Part shown: positions 55,384 to 64,000 of the stretch, piece by piece
How the letters are laid out: the number at the start of each line of letters is the position of its first letter
Numbering within the stretch: position 1 is the stretch's first letter
Source of the DNA: Octopus sinensis
Lineage: Eukaryota
Assembly: GCF_006345805.1 (NCBI RefSeq)
Contig: NC_043007.1
Span: 46,066,001-46,130,000 of the forward strand
Reading direction: 5' to 3'
DNA length: 64,000 nucleotides
The notes under the pieces: model-generated
What the model was told of the DNA's origin: nothing
The model's input: the letters and a program-made list of their open reading frames with translations, nothing else
The model's database searches: none
Made by a program: the position numbers and the translations under genes

Positions 55384-55792
55384 GTGTGTGTGTGTGTGTG
55401 TGTATGCATGTATATACACATTTATATACCCATACGCCCACGTAGTCACACACATATTGAATCATGTGGGAAGTATTTTTGAAGACTGTTGAATGAAGTT
55501 ATTCTCTTTACATTTGGAAATGTACTAACATATATATTATATAAGATATTGAATTGTAGATCCCCTGTAGATTTCAACATTGTGCATCTTCTGTTTAATG
55601 TTTCTACGAAATATTTGTTTGTATAATACATTCTGATTTTACCAAACACGTACCGACAAAAGTTATGCACTAAATAAAATAATATTGTCTCTCTCACTCT
55701 GCTGTTTCTGAGTGTCTCTTTCTCTGCCTCTCTCCCTATATATATACACACACACACACACATATATGTATATATGCACTCACACACCCATA

Positions 55793-55838
<46 letters not shown>

Positions 55839-56029
55839 ATATATATCTATATATATACGTATATACATATATATGCATATATATACACATATATATATAT
55901 ATATATACATATATAAATAGGTACGTAGGGAGGTAAGGAGGCAGGTTGTTGTTTACTTGTGTATATCTACATAATTAGAGGCATAGACGTATAAATGTGC
56001 ATATATGTATGTATACGTGTTTAAATGTA

Positions 56030-56072
<43 letters not shown>

Positions 56073-56399
56073 TATATATATATTATATTTAAAAAAAAAA
56101 CGGAGAAAAAAACAACAGCGTGAGGGTGTGGTACATGTAAAGAATTAATAAGATGTTCAGAGAAGGTAAGAAAGAGTTGTTGTTTTACGTTTCGAGAAAA
56201 GCTCTTCTTCGGAAACAGGAGACATAAGGAAGTCGAAAAGCAGGGAGGAGGAAAAAAAACGCGAACAGTCCACGTATAGTTACATTTTGGAATGACCGGA
56301 AGTAGATAGACAAAGAAGAAAATTCCCCCTGAGACGGGAATGTTTAGTAACTGTTTGTATATGTGAGTATATAAATATGCACACACAATGCATCAGTAT

Positions 56400-56610
56400 T
56401 GATCGAAACTCCGCATTTGAAAGAGATTGAAAGAGGTGGAATCCGTTGGTGCAAATGAAGAGAGTACGGCGGGTGTGGCAGCACTTCTCAGCCATGCGTT
56501 TGATTGGCTTCCTTGGTCATATTGTCGATAAGAGGGAGACCGTTGTTGTGCATCAGAAGAATTCCATGCTGACGATTAGGTCTTTTCTCTTGGATAGCCG
56601 TATTGAGTCA
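56400..56610 (-). pseudogene. Mariner transposase fragment (different subfamily)
   Basis: LNTAIQEKRPNRQHGILLMHNN..NMTKEANQTHG*EVLPHPPYS..TNGFHLFQSLSNA. Confidence 0.78.
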
Positions 56611-56644
56611 TCTACCCCTTACTTCAGTGAAAATTATTAGAAAG

Positions 56645-56726
56645 GAACTACACGCGTTTCTGTATTGGAAGATCATGATATATGTAATCATCAGATTTAT
56701 AATTCTACCAACACATCTTCAGGTTC
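56645..56726 (-). ncRNA. Intact type I hammerhead ribozyme
   Basis: GAAC-CTGAAGA-TGTGTTGG..CCAATACA-GAAAC-GCGT-GTA-GTTC. Confidence 0.8.
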
Positions 56727-57639
56727 ATTTTTCAAAATATAGTTCAGCTAATATAGATCATCATAAAAATTAAGCGTGAAATTAAAAATTAAAAATAGAC
56801 ATTACAAAAGTAAGAATTAACTTATTAATTTTAAATATATATTAGGATACATATATCAAACATAGAAGGCTAAATATAGAATATCAAGTATAAAACTATA
56901 TACTAGAATGAAGAGGTCTGTGATTAGATGTAAAAAATACAAATCCACTTGTGATAGGCCAAGATATCATTCAAAATGGCAATTAGAGTAAGTGAATATA
57001 GCAGAGCACTATGAGAATTTATAGGTGATTAGTTCTTAGAGGGGTAATCCACCTATGCATAGTTTAAATGAAATTATCTGCTATTATTATTGTCTATCCA
57101 ACTATGTTGAGGGATATATATATATATATATAATTTGTTATAATGTAATATTTCATAATATTTAATTAATCAATTTATTTAATTATTTATATAATCTATT
57201 CAACTACTCTAGTTGAACCACTGTATAGCTTCAGTTGCTTCGGTTTAAAGTTTAAGAGGAGATGTGGTGTAAAGTTGGAGTATTATTCGATCGAGTAGAA
57301 TTTTGCTAACACACATATATCGGAGTTGGAGGGCAGATGAAGCGAACGGAGGGTTTCACTGCGAAGTTAAGTTTTCCTTGTGGTCCTTCAAGCTGATATG
57401 GGATGGGCGAGGCGTGGAAGGTTCACCTGCTCGCCTACTGTTGAATAATAAAGGAATTTTTTCAGCTTACATTTCTTCGGTTTCGAAAATTATCCACAAT
57501 ATTCCGTCTCAATAAAGCACTCTTGTTTCTGGAAGTTGCTTTTTTAAAATATTTATGACGGATTGCTCGAATCTAACTTTCTTCTTGCACCTCGATCCCT
57601 CGATCTTACATTTATATATCAATTGTTCCTAATCTAGTT

Positions 57640-57800
57640 AGTGCTAACTGTGTGGAAGACACGGAAATGGAGAAAATGTTAAACTTGTCGCTTAAGGTTA
57701 TCCGACATCCCGACAAAAACCAGTGCATCAAACTTATTATTCACGCTACAAACGAATTGATTCTACAGATGCGATGGGAAGCTTTCTTCTCCCTCCACAA
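57640..57800 (+). pseudogene. Penelope-like ORF N-terminal relic
   Basis: TEMEKMLNLSLKVIRHPDKNQCIKLIIHATNELILQMRWEAFFSL resembles the LGLKF.P..MRWKAFF start of Penelope ORFs. Confidence 0.5.
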
Positions 57801-57874
57801 CTCTATTACGTTCTCTACACCTTCTGATTGAATGTATATCTTTGCGGCAATGCCACCTTTAATCTGATCAAGAT

Positions 57875-57968
57875 ATCCTTGGCCTGAAGAGTAGCCGGCG
57901 GTATACACCTCACTTGAACTTTACTACTTCTGAGGTTCTGCTCGCTATGAAACATATGTAGCCCGGAT
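57875..57968 (+). ncRNA. Intact type I hammerhead ribozyme
   Basis: ATCCTTGGC-CTGAAGA-GTAGC..ACCTCA/TGAGGT..GCTAT-GAAAC-ATAT-GTA-GCCCGGAT. Confidence 0.8.
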
Positions 57969-58194
57969 TTTTCCTATTCTATTCTATAACTCTTGTATTC
58001 TCATTCGCACACCCAGCAACCCTGATCGCCTACCATGGATTATAAAAAGAACTTTTTGGGGAATTCCCTCTTGTTTTGCAAGGTTTGAGAGGAGGCGATC
58101 CTATAAATAAAGACACTCAGTCTTCATTAGGAGTCACATGATAGCACATCGAATACCTAAGTATACTGCAAGGCTTACACCGTTAATATCTTTT

Positions 58195-58600
58195 ATCTTT
58201 TTATCTTTTACTTGTTTCCGTCATTAGACTACGGCCATGCTGATCAAGCGCCTTGAAGAATTTTGTTAGTCGAATATATCGACCCTAGTACATCTTTGCA
58301 AAGCCTGGTATTTACTCTATCGGTCTGTTTGATGAAACTTTAGTTGTTGGAACGTAAACGTGCCAGAACCAGTTGTGAAGCGGTGGTGGGGGAACAAACA
58401 GAGATACATGCACACACGCGCACGCGCACGCGCATATATATTTACGACAGCTTCTTTTAATTTCCGTCTACGAAATCTACCACAAGGCTTTGATCGGTCC
58501 GGGGCTATAGTAGAAGACACTTGCCTCAGGTGTCACACAGAGGGACTGAACCCGGAACCATATGGTGGAGAAGCAAGCTTCTAACCACATAACCACACCA
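58195..58600 (-). mobile_element. CORE-like SINE (third family)
   Basis: Homologous to 38955-39362 including the tail. Confidence 0.82.
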
Positions 58601-59026
58601 ATATTTCGTTATTATCCTATTGATTTATATCCTATCCAGTTAGGTTGAAATTCCTAAGATAATTCGCACCGGTTTCTAATCCACCAGGAAGCACAGTGAA
58701 TTTGGTCGTAGAAGAAGTAGATTAGGAGACCGAATAGCAGGTGATACATACTATCAATGGTTGTTCTGCCTTATAGTAATTCCTCCTCAAATCTTTATCC
58801 TCTTAGCAAAATATTTCTACAATTCCAACAAATGGCAGATATTAACTTGTCTTCATGTCTTCATTTTGTGTATATTAGAAATCGCTAGCACTTAACTGTC
58901 GATATTGTAGAAAAGCATTTCGTGCAAAACAAATCAGTGAGCTTATTCTCATTACTAATGAAAACCCTATCAGCACAAATATTTACATGGATATGTACAC
59001 TGAGACACACCATTTTACCTTACGTA

Positions 59027-60240
59027 CGAGGATCGGCTGAAAAGTTCATAGGCTGACCATACACTTCTTCCGTCGGTGTTACAGTGTTGGCATTTCATTG
59101 ATGAAGAATCTTTCATCTTATAGTAAAAAGAAATCATCAACAGCATATATTACGTATTCACTGCGATACTGTTTCTCAATCAAGTGAATTTTCTGTTCAT
59201 GTTGAAGAGCAGAAGATAGTCAGATGAGAAAAATTCAGGAAAACAGGGAGGATAATTCAACATGTCCAAATCCACAGTCACGTACAGTACCTACTGAAAC
59301 CGATGATTTGTGTGCTGGAACTCTGTATTGATGAAACAAGACCCCTTTCATCAGTTTTGATAGCCTTTCGTAACTGCCTCAGCAAACTGACATAGCACTC
59401 TCCATTGATTGTATGTCTCTTTTGAAGATAAACACAATGTCTTTTGTATCCCACACAATGCATCAATAAAAATACAGAGACCTTCAAATTTTCCGACAAA
59501 TGAAACGATCTCAGTCTGCTTTGGAGCAGGTGAGGAGGATGGTTCCACTTCATCAATTGTCTCTGTCTTAGGCTCAAAGCCAAAACTCGCACCGGCTTAG
59601 GGAACGTTTAAAGAAAACGGTCGGATCTACCTCAAAGACTGTTAAATTTCCCTGTGATGTGATCAGCCTGGGGTGCTTTTGAATAATAGTCAGAAGACCC
59701 ACAGGGCAGAAACCTTCGTCATGCCAAGTTCATTATGCCGCATATTCCGAAATCTCTCACAAGATATGCTAATATCAATGGCTAATTGTTTCTAGTCCAT
59801 CAGCTGTTTTCCCTCACCATGTGATGAAGACGATCAATATATTTTCGGTGATTGAGATATGAGATGTTCAGGCGTTGGGACATCTTGAATTACTTCTCTT
59901 CGCCTCCTAAATTCATTGGCCCACATTTACACTGTTATTAAAGCTACATCCTTAACCCCAAATGTAGTGGAAATTCCAGCATGAATGTCCTTTGGATGAG
60001 AAGGTAACCCCCTTTTTTTTTTCAGGTACTTGATAACACCGCGATAGCAAATTTTGTACATTTTCTAGAGGTGTCGCTACCAGTTATTTTGAAGTCATTT
60101 TTGAGCGGTCAGATATCACTTTATGTGGTAAGAATCCCTGCAGTTATTAATAAGAAGGGGTGAAATTAAAACCTGGATGATTTTGCAGCTCTAGCATCAC
60201 TCATTAGTAGTCAGCCTATGAACTTTTCAGCTCTGTCTCG
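59027..60240 (-). mobile_element. Full-length (~1.2 kb) decayed mariner element with TIRs and TA flanks
   Basis: TA|CGAGGATCGGCTGAAAAGTTCATAGGCTGAC ... GTCAGCCTATGAACTTTTCAGCTCTGTCTCG|TA; broken transposase pieces RGVIKYLKKKG, PKTETID, TINGECYVSLLRQLRKAIKT. Confidence 0.88.
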
Positions 60241-61708
60241 TAGATACACAGAAATACGAACGAACAAATATGTGAGTATACGAAAGTTCAATTGCAATGT
60301 ATTATTGATTTATGACTATGAACGTCAAACAAAATTGTTGAGGAGTTAAGATCACATGGTTATTCGTGTGAGACATTCGAGATTGATGTTCTTATACATA
60401 TAACCTGAAGTTGTCCATGAATTGTTCAGTAGAATTACATATATCACAACTTCACTGTGGTTGATGTTATTTACAATGTATTCAGACCCAATGAAGCAAA
60501 TCTATCGCATAACTTTCTTAGAAATAGAATTTCGAAGATCAGATAAATCAGTTCTGCCTTCCATGCTGCTACTCCAGTAGAGTGTAATGTAAGTAAAATT
60601 TTGTTGCCCTTTCTAACAAGTTAAACGACTATAAGAGAGTCTCTTTTATTGGTCTGGTAATTTGGTTTGTTTAAATGCGCATGATGATTTTATAAGCATC
60701 TTAGTGTGTATGTATGAATGTCGAGTAAATACGGGTTCACTTAAGACTGCAAAGGAAGCTGTTTTCAGTTGTGTTGTTGGCACGGAATGAACAACTATTA
60801 ACAATATACTTGAGGCACTTAACTGTATCACCGACTTTCATTAGTTCGGTCGTAATTACTTTATTCGTGCCCATTTCACACATAACAGCTTCGGAAAATG
60901 TCGCAATATTGCATAAAAGTGTCATTCTATAAGGTTTGATATCCCTCAATGGATCCTATACTGTATATCTCTGAATCCATAATGAAACCGTACAGAATTT
61001 ATTTTATTTATGATCTGATTGATCTCGGATATTGAAAGGAAATAATAACACGAAAGAATCTGGAAAAAATACAGAAAATAGCATGTCTTGCTGAAAAGGC
61101 TTCCCACACACAAACACACACATACGCACGCGCGCGCCCGCACACACACACATTCGAATTGTTCAACTTTATTTACGAGATTTTCTTTCTTAAGACTTCA
61201 TACTCAAACAAATAGTTCGTTCCAAATATTAATATTTGATGCCTCTTACTCTTAATTGTTCATTGTTTTCTGAAATTGTTATTTAATACTGGCACTACAT
61301 TGTCTTCTTCATATAGTATTTTTTTTATTAGAGTTGTGAGTGTGTTTTTAAGAGTCATGAAGGTCTATTCAGTGAATTAGGTTAAGCTAAGTATTTTGAT
61401 ATCAAGCTGCCTCTGAAATTTCTGGTAGAAGTGGCGAATGCTTGCACCGACTCCATTATATATTATCGCCTGACCATCTTGACTTGCACCATTTAAGTCT
61501 GGTCAAACTGAAGCTCATACTCTTCTGCTTGCTGTGGAGGGGGGCCCTTAGTGGTTAGTAAAGAAAACATTATTATTATTATTATTGCTGTTGTTGTTGT
61601 TGTTGTTATTATTATTATTATTATTATTATCATCATCATCATCATTATTATTGTTATTAGTTATTCTCCGAGCATGATGACGATGATGATGATGACAATA
61701 ATAATAAC

Positions 61709-61786
<78 letters not shown>

Positions 61787-61787
<1 letters not shown>

Positions 61788-62323
61788 GCCATGATGAGTA
61801 CCAGGCAGTGGCTCTCGTGGATTCTGATATTAACTGATTGGAAGTGTTATCATGTAAATTGTTTTATCTTCGTATAAAAGACAGGCGACAATAAATATTC
61901 TGCTCAATACCACAGATTTGCTTGTTATATGCTTAACCATAAACTTTGGTGGCTAACGGCATGCGTATCTCTATCACGAGCAGAAGTAGTGGAGAGAATC
62001 ATGGCCTTGTGTTGAGAGGAACACTTTGGGGTTTGAATAATTCACACTTAGAAACATGGGTGTTTCATTCAACACCCTTAAAACCCCTGATTCTGTGACC
62101 TTATGAGTGGGATGCGCTACTCGACCTGAAGAAAATTACAATTGGGCCCCAGCTGCAAAGCCATGCGCTGTTTAACTTGATATGAAATCACCATGTCGCG
62201 CGCATATGACTGTGATGCATGCGCCTAGTGTAACCTTATCAGACGGGTAGTCATGATGTGTATACTGGGATTCATATATTTTACTCCAGTGTTACTTTGA
62301 TGGCATGCACTGCTCTCTCATTC

Positions 62324-62324
<1 letters not shown>
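61787..62324. mobile_element. ~540-bp non-coding insert between two (TAA)n tracts
   Basis: Non-repetitive sequence bounded by (AAT)n on both sides; repeat status inferred, only one copy in the window. Confidence 0.5.
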
Positions 62325-62385
<61 letters not shown>

Positions 62386-62489
62386 TAATAATAATGGGAA
62401 GAAGAAGAGGAAAGAAAATTATTATCCGTGTTATAAATAATAATTATAATAATAATAATAATAATAGCAATGATTATAATAATAATTAA

Positions 62490-63225
62490 TTCATTTTATT
62501 GGCCACAAGGGCTCATATAAATCAAGATACTAATGGACAACACAAGACAATATGCAAAGAGCTTTGCAAAAAAAAAACATCCGCACAAACGTTTGATAAC
62601 GATAGAACAAGTAAAAATCTCCTTATGAAAAGCCCATAAAAGCCACGGGCGCCTGAAGCACAGGGTAACACCTCAGCTCCTTTTAAACGTTTTTACAGGT
62701 GAATTCTCAGAATAGATCCATCCATACTGAACATTTGTCCGACATTCACCCACCATTCAACACATTTGCTAGAAGACAACACTTCCCTTTCCACACTCAC
62801 TCTCCTTTTCAAGTGGAACTTGAAAACGTTGATGAGGCCTTCCCTAAAGAGGAAAGTGTCTGACTCTAGCCCTTTCAAACGGGTCTACCATACTTCTTCA
62901 TTCGCTACAGCCAGAAGAGAAATGAAAATTACCTGCCCCTCCCGGTTAAAGGAGGCCGGCGGGGCATTCTTCAGTATGGATTCAGCTGATGACCGGATCC
63001 GTCCTACACGCGATATCAGCTGTTCGAGATAAACCCGCAGGTCAGCACTCGACGAGTGCGGGCAGAGCGATTTCATCGCTCTGTGCTCACCTCGAGCAGG
63101 CCCGGCTGACGGCACTTTCATCTCGAACACGCAACGCCTCTCGGTAGCACTGCCAAGCGAGGAATTTCTGGAAATTATCCATAAGCCCCGGACCGAAAGT
63201 TCTCCCAAACAGACTGGTTAGTTGA
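62490..63225 (-). mobile_element. 3' end of a Tx1/L1-clade LINE
   Basis: GC-rich; ..DLRVYLEQLISRVGRIRSSAESI..FISLLAVANEEVW*TR..FKFHLKRRVSVEREVLSSSKCVEWW.. resembles Tx1/L1 ORF2 C-termini; AATAAA at the 3' end adjoining (TTA)n. Confidence 0.65.
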
Positions 63226-63289
63226 TAATTGATAGTTAGGAACGAGGGAGTACTGAGAGCAGAAAGAAAGGAAAACGAAGGAAGAAGTA

Positions 63290-63525
63290 CAAAAAGGACA
63301 AGAAGAATTACGCAAGAGGAACTACAAAATGAATTCTATGTAGCCACAGCAGAAGTTGCTGGAAAATATAAGTGCGATTGGCTGATGAAAGGAACCCTAA
63401 AAAAGAGACCGAGAGCACTATGCATGCAACGCAGGGCCAAGCTTTGGTCACAAACTGGAGTGTCAACCATTGTGCCGCACCTGTGATAAACTGGATGAAG
63501 CCATTGTCCTATCAAGATCGAATAC
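63290..63525 (+). pseudogene. R4/Dong-type LINE internal fragment
   Basis: WLMKGTLKKETESTMHATQGQALVTN aligns with WLMASGLKSETEGFIIAAQDQCLPTRN of the 5-9 kb element. Confidence 0.65.
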
Positions 63526-64000
63526 CTTGAAGAAGAAGAGGAAGAAGAAGAAGAAAAGAAGAAGAAGAAGATGAAAAAGAAGAAGAGGAAGAAGAAGAAG
63601 CGGAAGAAGAAGAAGAAAAAAAAGAAGAAGAAGAAGAAGAAGAAGATAATGACGATCAACATGAATTTTTTAATTCGATATTTCGACATGTAAATATGCA
63701 CACATACATATGATGTTATATCGCATTCTCTTGTCCGTGAACGTCTTTTTGTCCTGCGGAGACGCGTCTTTTGTATCTCTTTTACATATCGTTATTTTCT
63801 CATGCTAACTACCTGATTCTTGTCAGTTTCTATCATTGCCTTGAGAATAGTCTGTCATTTCTTTCCAGTCTCCAGTAGCTTGCCATAGTTGTCCAATAAA
63901 CACAAGCAACCTAACTTTCAGAAGCGAATTACAAAACAACAACGAATGGGAATATAAAGGAACATGCAGCGATGTTTCACTCGGAAATAGTTGTCACGAA

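Overview
AT-rich, repeat-saturated eukaryotic DNA with no confidently identifiable host gene. The (TA)n/(CA)n/(TAA)n/(GAA)n load and the SINE set suggest a cephalopod (Octopus-like) genome; this is inferred, not searched. Most entries in the ORF track are microsatellite artefacts. Supported content: a nearly intact R4/Dong-type RLE non-LTR retrotransposon (minus, ~5123-9154) beside (TAA)n; truncated R4/Dong, RTE, CR1/L2 and Tx1/L1 LINE ends; several Penelope-like RT/GIY-YIG relics; Tc1/mariner relics; many tRNA-derived SINEs; and foldback elements. The main hidden signal is self-cleaving RNA. A 2.6-copy, ~600-bp non-coding tandem array (25641-27205) carries one intact type I hammerhead ribozyme per unit and looks like a retrozyme able to yield ~600-nt circular RNA. 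About a dozen more hammerhead-like folds from unrelated families occur between 29 and 58 kb. Most have a palindromic stem III and a long stem II, and several share a TTTGRCTGCTATTTCTA motif downstream of the cut site. All folds were read by eye and none is tested.
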